Below are positions 10,158 through 21,595 of a stretch of DNA of 64,000 nt, piece after piece. The notes below the pieces were generated by a model that saw nothing but the letters and a program-made list of their open reading frames with translations, ran no database searches and had not been told where the DNA came from. Origin of the DNA: Actinomycetota bacterium. Its GTDB lineage: Bacteria > Actinomycetota > UBA4738 > HRBIN12. Made by a program: the position numbers and the translations under genes. Position 1 is the first letter of the stretch. Each line of letters starts with the position of its first letter. The stretch spans positions 4,467 through 68,466 of the forward strand of contig DATHCP010000003.1 in assembly GCA_035490535.1 (NCBI GenBank). Direction: 5' to 3'.

Positions 10158-10706
10158 ATGCCGGCTTCACGGGTGGACGTGCGCGCGATCCAGCGGCCGA
10201 TCCGCGAGGGCTTCGCGGCCGATCCGTCGACCGCGGTGCGACGGCTCCGCGTCACGGGCGGTACGGCGGACCTTGCCGACCCGCTGCACTGCGAGGTCGA
10301 ACCCGACTCCGTGCCGGGCTGGTCGATCCGCTCCGGCGCCCACCCGTCGGTCGGCGGCACGGGCGACGTGCCGTGCTCGGGCGATCTGCTCCTGGCGTCG
10401 CTCGCGGCGTGCCAGGAGACGACGCTGCGGATGGTGGCCGCGAACCAAGGGATCCCGATCGAGCACCTCGAGGTCATCGCCGAGGCCGACTGGGATCCGC
10501 GCGGCACGCTGGCGATGGGCCGGGAGTATCCGGTCGGCCTGCGGACGATCTCCGTGCGCACCACCGTCACGATCGCCGGCGACGAGGGCGGCGAGCGGGC
10601 CGCACGCCTGCTCCGCAGCGCGGAGCGCTACTGCGTGATCCTCGACACGCTCCGGACCGGGGTCGAGGTCGAGGCGTCCTTCGAGGTCCGTGCCGCCGGT
10701 GCTTGA
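10158..10706 (+). CDS. OsmC family protein (second paralog)
   Basis: Start at the ATG at 10158 with a GGAGGAGGAACG RBS. SGDLLLASLAACQETT is an OsmC-like motif. The upstream part of track ORF 9528..10706 is shadow sequence. Confidence 0.8.
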   Translation: MPASRVDVRAIQRPIREGFAADPSTAVRRLRVTGGTADLADPLHCEVEPDSVPGWSIRSGAHPSVGGTGDVPCSGDLLLASLAACQETTLRMVAANQGIPIEHLEVIAEADWDPRGTLAMGREYPVGLRTISVRTTVTIAGDEGGERAARLLRSAERYCVILDTLRTGVEVEASFEVRAAGA

Positions 10707-11163
10707 GGAGCCGGCCGGCGTCGCCGCCGCCCGTGCGGCCGGTCTGACGTTCGACGTCGTACGGACCGAGCGACCCTCCAGTGCGCAGGAGAGCGCCGAG
10801 CTGCAGGGCATCGCGCTCGACCGGCTGCTGCGCACGATCGTGATCCGCCGCGGCGCCGACGACTACGTGTTCGTGCTGGTGCCGGGCGGGCGGCAGATCG
10901 ACTGGCCGAAGCTCCGCGCGCACCTCGGCACCCGGCGGCTCTCGCTGCCCGAGGAGGCCGAGGCGAAGGCGGCGACCGGCTACGAACGCGGCGCGATCAC
11001 GCCGTTCGGCGCGAAACACGCCTGGCCCGTGATCGCCGACGCATCCGTCGCCGGCCAGGCCACGGTGGCGATCGGCGCGGGCGCTCGCGGCGTGAACCTC
11101 CACGTGGGATCCGCCGATCTGCTGCGCGCCCTTGACGCCGACGTCGTCGACGTGACCGCTTAG
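10690..11163 (+). CDS. YbaK/EbsC family aminoacyl-tRNA editing (deacylase) domain protein
   Basis: 157 aa with a GTG start. GAITPFG and VAIGAGARGVNLHV are conserved features of the YbaK/ProX deacylase fold. Confidence 0.75.
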   Translation: MPPVLEEPAGVAAARAAGLTFDVVRTERPSSAQESAELQGIALDRLLRTIVIRRGADDYVFVLVPGGRQIDWPKLRAHLGTRRLSLPEEAEAKAATGYERGAITPFGAKHAWPVIADASVAGQATVAIGAGARGVNLHVGSADLLRALDADVVDVTA

Positions 11164-12158
11164 GCGCGCTCGCGCACGATCCGCAGCAGCACCAGGATCG
11201 CGGCGCCGACCGCGAGGAGGATCGCCAGGAGCACGTAGCGCTGCGCGGAGCTGCTGATCTTGAGCTCCGAGGAGAGCTTCGAGCCGAGCGTCGTGTAGAC
11301 GCCGTTGAGCGAACCGAGGTTGCCGGTGGCGACGTTCGCGGGGGTTCCTCCGGTGGTCGAGGCGATCGATGCCAGCGCGTTCTTGCCTGCGTTGCCCTTG
11401 TCGTTCCCCACGATCGCGACCGTGTACACCGGGACGCCGAGCGTCTGCGCCTGCTTGGTGGCCGTGTCGGTGTCGACGGTCCCCCCTTGGTTCACCCCGT
11501 CGGACAGGAGGATCACCGCGGAGTCGACCGGTGCGTCGGCGAGCCACAGCCCCTGGATCTCCTGCAGGGCGCTCGCGAGTCCGTCGCCCATCACCGTGCC
11601 CGGCGGCGGGTCGCGGAACAGATCCTGGAGCGCCGCGTCGACCTGTGCGCGATCGGTCGACGGCGGCGCGAGCACGCTCGCTTTCGCGTCGAACGCGACG
11701 AGCCCGACGCGGAAGTTGGGCGGTACGGAGTCGACGAAGCTCCGGGCCGCGTCCTGCGCCGCCGCGAGCCGCGTGCCGGGCTTCGCGTTGCCCATCGACT
11801 GCGAGGTGTCGATCGCCAGCATCACGATCGGCCCGTTCTGGTTCTTCTCCACTCGGAACTTCGACACCGCCACCCCGATCGAGGCGACGGCGCCGATCAG
11901 GAGCACCACCGGGAGGACCCGGAGCCACCAGGGCGATCTCGCGAACGCCGACCGCTGGCCCGGCCGCTTCGGAGCCGGCGTGGACCGCATCGGCTCGGAT
12001 CGCGGCGCCTGCGCGCCGAGCCGCATGTCCCGTGGCGGCAGCTTCGCGGGCGGGCGCTTCGAAGGAGCCGGGCCCGGGGATCGACCACTCAAGCCCAGCA
12101 CGTAGACGACGGCGACGATGCCCACCAGGAGGGCGACCGTCACGAGGATCACGGTCAC
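11160..12158 (-). CDS. VWA (von Willebrand factor type A) domain-containing membrane protein
   Basis: 332 aa. It has N- and C-terminal TM helices. The MIDAS motif is LAIDTSQSM (DxSxS), and the downstream T and D residues fit a VWA fold. It resembles BatA/BatB-like proteins. Confidence 0.75.
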   Translation of the reverse strand: MTVILVTVALLVGIVAVVYVLGLSGRSPGPAPSKRPPAKLPPRDMRLGAQAPRSEPMRSTPAPKRPGQRSAFARSPWWLRVLPVVLLIGAVASIGVAVSKFRVEKNQNGPIVMLAIDTSQSMGNAKPGTRLAAAQDAARSFVDSVPPNFRVGLVAFDAKASVLAPPSTDRAQVDAALQDLFRDPPPGTVMGDGLASALQEIQGLWLADAPVDSAVILLSDGVNQGGTVDTDTATKQAQTLGVPVYTVAIVGNDKGNAGKNALASIASTTGGTPANVATGNLGSLNGVYTTLGSKLSSELKISSSAQRYVLLAILLAVGAAILVLLRIVRERA

Positions 12159-12205
12159 GGGGTAACGCTAGCCCGAGACAGGGCTCCGGAGAACGACCGG
12201 AAGCC

Positions 12206-12547
12206 TTACGGCCGAGGCCGGAGTTCGACCGTGCCGTCCGTCACGCGGGTCTCGAAGGCCGGAACCGGACGGGGCGCCGGGGCTCGGACGACCCCGCCGT
12301 CGGTCAGACGGAAGACGCTCCCGTGCGCCGGACACGTCACGGTCGCGAGCGAGTCGAGCACCTTGACCGCGCCCCGGTCCAGCGGCGCGCCCTGATGGGT
12401 GCACCGGTTGCCGATCGCGAAGATCCGGTCGCCGGCCCGATAGAGCAGGACCTGGGTGCCATCCACATCGGCGCGGGTCGCCCGGCGGTCCGGAAGGTCC
12501 GCGACCGGCATCACCGGCGTCCAGGCGTCGTCCGACATGGGCTGCAT
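12206..12547 (-). CDS. Rieske (2Fe-2S) domain protein
   Basis: Start at the ATG at 12547 (MQPMSDD). CTHQGAPL ... CPAHGSVF gives the CxH-(15-17)-CxxH Rieske ligand pattern. The upstream part of the track ORF is shadow. Confidence 0.75.
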   Translation of the reverse strand: MQPMSDDAWTPVMPVADLPDRRATRADVDGTQVLLYRAGDRIFAIGNRCTHQGAPLDRGAVKVLDSLATVTCPAHGSVFRLTDGGVVRAPAPRPVPAFETRVTDGTVELRPRP

Positions 12548-12569
12548 CGTACGTGGTGCCGGCGCACCC

Positions 12570-13340
12570 TCAGGCCGTCGCGCCGACGAACGCCAGGATC
12601 CGGCGCCACGCGTCGGCGCTCGCCTCGGCGTGCTCGACCGCGTGCCGGTCGAAGAACGAGTGCGGCGCCTCCGGATACACCACGATCTCCTCCTCGACCC
12701 CGGCGGCGACCAGCGCCTCGCGGAACGCCTCCACGGCCTCGGCCGGCACGGCCTGGTCGGCGCCGCCGAAGAGCCCGAGCACCGGGCACGCATACGAGGC
12801 CGCGCGCTCGACCGGCGCGGCCCGGTCGTCCTCGTCGGCCCGCTGGACGCGGCCGTAGAATCCGATCACGCCGTCCAGCCCTTGCCCGGCCGCGGCCTCG
12901 TTGAACGAAGCACGGCCCCCGAAGCAGAACCCGACCGTGTAGGTCCGCACGGCCGCGCCGCCATCCGGCGAGCGCACGTGCGCGATCGCCGCGGCCGCAT
13001 CGAGGGCGACCTGTTCCGGCGTGGTCCGCCGGACATGGGCCATCGCATCGAAGTCGTCGTCGCGCGCACCGGTCCCCGCGGTCCGGCCGAAGTAGTCGAA
13101 CGCGGTCGCGTGGACGCCCGCCTCGGCGAACCGCTCGGCCAGCTCGCGGTAGAAGGGATGCAGGCCGCGGACGTCCGGGAAGATCACGACGCCCGGCGCC
13201 TCGGCCACCGCGGCGCGCGCTCCGTAGGCCGCGAGCCGGGTGCCGTCGCCTGCCTCGAGCACGAGCTCGCCGGCGCCGGCGAGCCCGGCGCCGCCCGCGA
13301 TCGGAGGCAGTGGCGGGCGCGCCTCGGGTCCGTAGCACAT
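12570..13340 (-). CDS. Dienelactone hydrolase family protein
   Basis: Start at the ATG at 13340 (MCYGPEARPP). It has an alpha/beta hydrolase fold with the nucleophile elbow TVGFCFGG and the DLH-like C-terminal His region (PEAPHSF). Confidence 0.8.
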   Translation of the reverse strand: MCYGPEARPPLPPIAGGAGLAGAGELVLEAGDGTRLAAYGARAAVAEAPGVVIFPDVRGLHPFYRELAERFAEAGVHATAFDYFGRTAGTGARDDDFDAMAHVRRTTPEQVALDAAAAIAHVRSPDGGAAVRTYTVGFCFGGRASFNEAAAGQGLDGVIGFYGRVQRADEDDRAAPVERAASYACPVLGLFGGADQAVPAEAVEAFREALVAAGVEEEIVVYPEAPHSFFDRHAVEHAEASADAWRRILAFVGATA

Positions 13341-13398
13341 CGGTGGGCCTCCTCGAACGCTCGGGTCCGAGCGCATCGTACGGTCGCGGCTCGATAGG

Positions 13399-14493
13399 GT
13401 GCGGTCCGTGACCGTCCTGCACGTGTTCGCGGTGATCGCGGGAACCGTGCTGCTCCTCGTCGTGTCGTGGGAGACGTTCGAGACGCTGGTGCTTCCCCGC
13501 CGCGTGGACCGGCGGCTGCGGTTGACGCGTCTGTACTTCCGGAGCACATGGAAGGTCTGGTCGGCGATCGGGCGGGGCGGCTCCGGGCCTCGCCGCGAGA
13601 CCTACCTCAGCGTGTACGCGCCCTTGTCCCTCCTGTTCCTGTTCGCGGGTTGGGCGCTGGGGGTGATCCTGTCGTTCGCGCTGATCCAGTGGGGCCTGCA
13701 GCTCGCGACGGTCGGGCACCGCGCCGGTGGGTTCGGCACGTACCTGTACTTCAGCGCCACGACGTTCTGGACGCTCGGCCTGGGCGATGTGCAACCCCAG
13801 ACCTCGCCGGGCCGCGCGCTCACCGCGATCGAGGCGGGCCTCGGGTTCGCCTACCTGGCGCTCGCGATCTCGTACCTGCCGGTGATGTACCAGGCGTTCT
13901 CCCGCCGCGAGGCCACGATCTCGATGCTCGATCAGTGGGCGGGCTCGCCGCCGAGCGCCCTGGAGATCTACCGGCGCGCGAGCCAGTTCGACGACCTCGC
14001 CTCGGTGAACGGGCTGCTCGCCGACTGGGAGCGGTGGTCCTCGGAGCTGCTCGAGAGCCACCTGTCGTACCCGATCCTCGCGTGGTTCCGGTCGCAGCAC
14101 GACAACCAGTCCTGGCTCGCCGCGCTCACCACGATCCTCGACGCCTCGGCGCTCGCCCTCGCCGGGGTCGACGGCGTCTCCCCGTGGCAGGCGCGGCGGA
14201 CCTTCGCGATGGCCCGGCACGCGGCGGTCGACCTCGCACAGGTCCTGGCCAACCGCACCGAACCGACCGCCCACATGCGCCCGCAGGACCGCACGTCGGT
14301 GCGCGAAGCGCTGGAAGCGGCGGGCGTGACGCTGCACCCTCGGTTGGAGGAGCGCGTCGCACCGTTCCGCCAGATGTACGAGCCGTACGTCCACGCCCTC
14401 TCGCACCGGCTCCAGATGCCGCTTCCGCCGTTCGCCGGCGGCGTCGGCGGTCCGGACGACTGGGAGAGCTCCGGCTGGACGATCCCGGGCTGA
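13399..14493 (+). CDS. Ion-channel (2TM pore-loop, K+-channel-like) membrane protein with variant TLGLGD filter and large cytoplasmic C-terminal domain
   Basis: 364 aa. Two TM helices flank a pore-helix/filter-like segment YLYFSATTFWTLGLGDVQP, which resembles the Ion_trans_2 signature but has LGLGD instead of VGYGD. A soluble C-terminal region of about 200 aa follows. Confidence 0.5.
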   Translation: MRSVTVLHVFAVIAGTVLLLVVSWETFETLVLPRRVDRRLRLTRLYFRSTWKVWSAIGRGGSGPRRETYLSVYAPLSLLFLFAGWALGVILSFALIQWGLQLATVGHRAGGFGTYLYFSATTFWTLGLGDVQPQTSPGRALTAIEAGLGFAYLALAISYLPVMYQAFSRREATISMLDQWAGSPPSALEIYRRASQFDDLASVNGLLADWERWSSELLESHLSYPILAWFRSQHDNQSWLAALTTILDASALALAGVDGVSPWQARRTFAMARHAAVDLAQVLANRTEPTAHMRPQDRTSVREALEAAGVTLHPRLEERVAPFRQMYEPYVHALSHRLQMPLPPFAGGVGGPDDWESSGWTIPG

Positions 14494-14503
14494 GCCCGCC
14501 GGC

Positions 14504-15967
14504 TCAGTCGGGGCGCAGTCCGACCGCGCGGTCGAGCAGGTTCAGCTGGTCGGCGAGCCACGTCGCGGGCGTGTGGGCCAGCACCGTCCGCGAGAGCCCC
14601 CGGGCGCGCCGCGTGCGTTCATCCGAGCCCATCTCGAGCGCCTGGGCGATCGCGTCGGCGGTCTCGCGCACGTCGAACGGGTTCACGCCGATCGCATGCC
14701 TGCCGAGCCGGCCGAACGCGCCGGCGTTGCGGGACAGGACCAGCGCGCCGACCTTGCGGTTCACGAGCGGCCCCTCCATCGCGACGAGGTTCATCCCGTC
14801 GAACACCGGGTTCACGATCATCGCGTCGTAGACCCCGTAGGCCGCCACCGCGTACGGCAGGTCGTGCTGCAGGCGCACGACGATCGGCGCCCAGCCGTCG
14901 CGGCCGAGCTCGGTGTTGATCCGGTGCGCTTCGGCCAGGCATTCGTCGCCGTACTCGCGGTAGGCATCGAGCTCCTCGCGCGAGGGCGTGAGCAGCGCCA
15001 GGAACCGGACGCGGCCGTGCCACTGCGGATGCCGCCGCAGGAAAAGCTCGTAGGCGCGGAAGCCGCGCAGGATGTTCTTCGAGGGCTCGAGCCGGTCGAC
15101 GCGGAGCAGGAGCTTCTGGTCGCCGAGCGAGGCCTTGATCTCGGCGCGGATCGCGCGAACCTCGGGATCGGCCGACATCGCGCGCAGCGGCTCGGCGCTG
15201 ACCGAGACCGGGAACGCGCGCACGAGCGAGGTCCGGCCCTCGAGCGTCAGGCGCCAGCGTCGGAGGTCGGCCTTCGCCCCCTGCAGCGCCCGCGACGAGA
15301 GCAGGAAGTTCTCGGCCCAGGTCCGGGTCTGGAAGCCGATCACGTCGGCGCCGGCCACCCCGCGCACGAGCGCCTCCCGCATCCCGACCGGCAGCAGCCG
15401 CATGTAGGTCTGCCCGGGATGCGGCACGTGGGAGAAGTGCACGATCCGCGCGCGGGGCCGCAGATCACGCAGGTACCGCGGCACGAGCGACAGGTGGTAG
15501 TCCTGGATCAGGAACACCGCGTCGGACGGCGCGGTGTCCAGGACCTCGGCGAAGGCCCGGTTCGCCTTCTCATAGGCGCTCCACGCCTCGTCGGTCGACG
15601 CATCGAACACCGGCGCCCGCGCGATGTCCCACAGGAAATGGCTCGTGAACCACAGCACGCCGTTCGCGATCTCGTTGTAGTAGCCGTCGTACACGTCGGG
15701 ATCGAGCGGAACGAACCGCAGGCGCAGGCCGATCGACTCGTCGACCGCGGCCTCGTCGGGCACCACGCGATCGGCCTCGGACAGCGCCGCCGAGACCCAC
15801 AGGGCCTCGTCCCGGTAGAAGACGCCCGACAGGGTCGTGACCAGGCCGCCCGCGCCGCGCTGCGGCGCGAAGCCGCCCGCCCCGTCCGGCTCGAACGTGA
15901 CGGGCCCGCGGTTCGACGCGATCACCAGCGGCGATTCGATCGCTGGCGGGACGCCGGTCGTCGCCAT
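14504..15967 (-). CDS. otsA: Alpha,alpha-trehalose-phosphate synthase (GT20 family)
   Basis: Start at the ATG at 15967 (MATTGVPPAIESPLVIASNRGPV). The SNRxPV N-terminal motif, GGLVTTL and the C-terminal VNPVFDGMNLVAMEG...LVLSRNAGA...GVNPFD region are typical of GT20 OtsA. Confidence 0.8.
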   Translation of the reverse strand: MATTGVPPAIESPLVIASNRGPVTFEPDGAGGFAPQRGAGGLVTTLSGVFYRDEALWVSAALSEADRVVPDEAAVDESIGLRLRFVPLDPDVYDGYYNEIANGVLWFTSHFLWDIARAPVFDASTDEAWSAYEKANRAFAEVLDTAPSDAVFLIQDYHLSLVPRYLRDLRPRARIVHFSHVPHPGQTYMRLLPVGMREALVRGVAGADVIGFQTRTWAENFLLSSRALQGAKADLRRWRLTLEGRTSLVRAFPVSVSAEPLRAMSADPEVRAIRAEIKASLGDQKLLLRVDRLEPSKNILRGFRAYELFLRRHPQWHGRVRFLALLTPSREELDAYREYGDECLAEAHRINTELGRDGWAPIVVRLQHDLPYAVAAYGVYDAMIVNPVFDGMNLVAMEGPLVNRKVGALVLSRNAGAFGRLGRHAIGVNPFDVRETADAIAQALEMGSDERTRRARGLSRTVLAHTPATWLADQLNLLDRAVGLRPD

Positions 15968-16118
15968 CACCCCGGAGTCTAGGGATATGGCGCGCGAAGC
16001 AACCTGGCCCGTCTGGGGACTTGCCGGTTCGGCAGGCGGATGTTGCAATCGCCCCAACGCTTTGGCGCCGCGCCGCCGGATGGGCTGCGTGGAACCGGCT
16101 CAGGGATGGGGGATACAG

Positions 16119-16982
16119 ATGCTGCCTTCGGCGTTCGAGTACCACCGCCCGTCCACCCTCGAGGAAGCGCTCGCGCTGCTGGCCGAGCACGGGGAGGACG
16201 CGAAGGTCCTGGCCGGGGGCCAGAGCCTGATCCCGTTGATGAAGCTCCGCTTCGCCGCCCCCGAGCACCTGGTCGACGTGAACCGGATCGAGGGGCTCGA
16301 CGGGATCGAGGAGCGTGACGGGTCGCTGCGGATCGGGGCGTTGGTGCGCCACAACCACCTCGCCGCCTCCGACGTGATCGCGAAGTACCCGACGATCGCC
16401 GCGGCGGCCCCGCAGATCGCCGATCCGATCGTGCGGAACCTCGGCACGATCGGCGGCTCGCTGTCGCACGCCGACCCGGCCGGTGACCTCGGCTCCGTGA
16501 TGCTCGCGCTCGGCGCCAGCGTGATCCTGCGGAAGGCCGGCGGGGAGCGCGAGGTCCCGATCGGGGAGTTCCTGCTCGACACGTTCCAGACCTCGATCCA
16601 GCCCGACGAGATGCTGACCGAGATCCGCGTCCCAACCCCGTCGGCAGGCTCCGGCGGGACCTACCTGAAGATGGAGCGGAAGGTCGGCGACTTCGCCACG
16701 GTCGGCGCGGCGATCTTCGTGCAGATGGCCAACGGCACGATCGGATCGGCGGGCATCGGCCTCACGTCGGTCGGCCTGAAGAACCTGAAGGCCACGACGG
16801 CCGAGGCGGCCCTCGCCGGCGCCACGCCCGGGGACGACGCCTTCGCGGAGGCCGGCCGGCTCGCGGCCGAGGCCGCCGAACCGGTCACCGACGTCCGAGG
16901 CAGCGAGGCGTACAAGCGGCACGTCGTCGACGTCTACGTCCGGCGGGGACTCGCCCGCGCCGTCGAGATGGCTCGCGGCTGA
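16119..16982 (+). CDS. coxM: Carbon monoxide dehydrogenase medium (FAD-binding) subunit
   Basis: Start at the ATG at 16119. AGGQSLIPLMKLR and GTIGGSLSHADPAGD are FAD-binding molybdopterin dehydrogenase motifs. It is the first gene of an M-S-L gene order. Confidence 0.85.
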   Translation: MLPSAFEYHRPSTLEEALALLAEHGEDAKVLAGGQSLIPLMKLRFAAPEHLVDVNRIEGLDGIEERDGSLRIGALVRHNHLAASDVIAKYPTIAAAAPQIADPIVRNLGTIGGSLSHADPAGDLGSVMLALGASVILRKAGGEREVPIGEFLLDTFQTSIQPDEMLTEIRVPTPSAGSGGTYLKMERKVGDFATVGAAIFVQMANGTIGSAGIGLTSVGLKNLKATTAEAALAGATPGDDAFAEAGRLAAEAAEPVTDVRGSEAYKRHVVDVYVRRGLARAVEMARG

Positions 16983-17006
16983 GCCCCGAACAGGAGGATC
17001 GAACCG

Positions 17007-17489
<483 letters not shown>

Positions 17490-17518
17490 GCCCGCACCCG
17501 TAAAGGAGACGAACCGAC

Positions 17519-19873
<2,355 letters not shown>

Positions 19874-19901
19874 TCCGCGCGGAGGTGAGAGGCTTCCCCA
19901 C

Positions 19902-20873
19902 ATGAAGCCCGAGGTCCTGGGCCTGGCCGCCGAGCTGTCGGCACGCGGCGAGCCGTTCGTGCTCGCGACCGTCGTGTGGCGACGCGCGCCCTCGTCGGGC
20001 AAGGCCGGAGCCACGGCGCTGATCACCCAGGACCGCACGGTCCGCGGATGGCTCGGTGGCGCGTGCGCCGAGCCGACCGTGGTGCGGGAGGCGCTGAAGG
20101 CGCTCGATGACGGTGCGCCGCGGTTGCTGTTCCTGGGCACGCCGGAGGAGCTGGAGGTCCATGCGCGCGACGGCGTCGTGACGGTACCGATCGCATGCCA
20201 GAGCGAAGGCGCCTTGGAGGTGTACGTGGAACCCGTGATGCCCCAGCCGCAGGTGATCGCGATCGGACGGTCACCGGTCGCCGCGTCGCTCGCCGCCCTG
20301 GCCGCCGGCCTCGGTTGGCGGGCCGTCCGGATCGACGAAGACGCCGACGGACCCTCCGAGCGGGACGGCGTCCGGGTCCTGGCCGAGCTCGACCTCGCGG
20401 CCGCCGGCGCCGACGACCGGTCCTACGTCGTCGTGGCCACCCAGGGCCACTACGACGAGGAAGCGCTGACCCGGGCCCTCGAGACCCCGGCCGCCTACGT
20501 GGGGCTGGTCGCATCCATGAAGCGCGCGGCCTCGGTGCTCGGCTACCTGGCCGACCGGGGAACGTCCTCGGAGGCGCTCGCCCGGGTGCACGCGCCCGCG
20601 GGCCTCGACCTCGGCCACGTCTCCACCGAGGAGATCGCGGTCGCGATCCTCGCGGAGATCGTGCAGCTGCGTGCGGCCGGAACGCTCGCTCCGGCCGAAC
20701 CGGCCACACCGGCGCGGCACGAGGAGATCGATCCGGTCTGTGGGATGACCGTCGACGTCGCCGACGCGCGGTTCCGGACCGTCCACGAGGACCGGACGTA
20801 CTACTTCTGCTCGGCGGCCTGCCTGGAGACGTTCTCGGCGGATCCGGAGCGGTTCGTCACCGTCGCGGGGTGA
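19902..20873 (+). CDS. XdhC/CoxF-like molybdenum-cofactor insertion protein fused to a C-terminal YHS/TRASH metal-binding domain
   Basis: 323 aa. The N-terminal region (AELSARGEPFVLATVV) is XdhC_CoxI-like, and a Rossmann-like XdhC_C region (VIAIGRSPVAASLAALA) follows. The last ~45 aa, DPVCGMTVDV...YYFCSAACLETF, is a YHS-type CxxxxxxxxxxYxFCSxxC motif. Confidence 0.75.
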   Translation: MKPEVLGLAAELSARGEPFVLATVVWRRAPSSGKAGATALITQDRTVRGWLGGACAEPTVVREALKALDDGAPRLLFLGTPEELEVHARDGVVTVPIACQSEGALEVYVEPVMPQPQVIAIGRSPVAASLAALAAGLGWRAVRIDEDADGPSERDGVRVLAELDLAAAGADDRSYVVVATQGHYDEEALTRALETPAAYVGLVASMKRAASVLGYLADRGTSSEALARVHAPAGLDLGHVSTEEIAVAILAEIVQLRAAGTLAPAEPATPARHEEIDPVCGMTVDVADARFRTVHEDRTYYFCSAACLETFSADPERFVTVAG

Positions 20874-20884
20874 CAGCCCCGGGT

Positions 20885-21550
20885 TCAGCGCTCCGAATCG
20901 TCCGGCGACAGCCGGCCGATCAACGCCCACGCCGACGGAACGAGTGCGGCCGCGACGAACAGCTTGATCACGTCACCGACCACGAACGGATACAGCCCGA
21001 GCTCCAGGGCGGTCTGGAGGCTCTTGGGCTCCCCGGCGATCGTCGCGGGGAGCGCCTGGTAGAGCCAGGGCACGCCGATCGCGTAGATCACGATCGAGCC
21101 CAGGAGCATCGCCGAGATCGACGTGCGGATCGACCGATCCCACCCGTGCCGCGAGAGCCAGCCGACCAGCGCCGCCGCGAGCACGAAGCCCCACAGGTAG
21201 CCGCCGGTCACCGAGGCCAGGCGGAGTACCTCCGCGCCGGAGGCTCCCGCCGCGAAGAACGGCAGGCCCACGGCCCCCTCGAGCAGGTACAGACCGACCG
21301 ATGCGACGCCGAGCCCTGGACCGAGCGCCGCCCCGACGAGCAGCACGCCGAGGGTCTGGCCGGTGATCGGCACCGGGGTGAACGGGAGCGGAACCGACAG
21401 CTGCGCGAGCCCCGCGATCAGGAGCGAGCCGCCCACGACGCAGGCGACCTGGAACCATGCCCGGGCCGCCGAGCGTGACCGGGGCGGTGCCAACCGAAGC
21501 GCGAGCGTCGTCACCGAGCTGCCCCCTCCCGTTCCGTGGACCCGGAGCAT
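20885..21550 (-). CDS. bioY: Biotin transporter BioY (ECF S-component)
   Basis: LAQLSVPLPFTPVPITGQTLGVLLVGAALG is a hallmark BioY segment. The exact start is uncertain because the ORF's N-terminus is Arg-rich, so an internal GTG is possible. Confidence 0.8.
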   Translation of the reverse strand: MLRVHGTGGGSSVTTLALRLAPPRSRSAARAWFQVACVVGGSLLIAGLAQLSVPLPFTPVPITGQTLGVLLVGAALGPGLGVASVGLYLLEGAVGLPFFAAGASGAEVLRLASVTGGYLWGFVLAAALVGWLSRHGWDRSIRTSISAMLLGSIVIYAIGVPWLYQALPATIAGEPKSLQTALELGLYPFVVGDVIKLFVAAALVPSAWALIGRLSPDDSER

Positions 21551-21595
21551 AGGCGAGGGCGCAACGCCCCGCAGGGACGCGGCGGGTGCGCGGGG

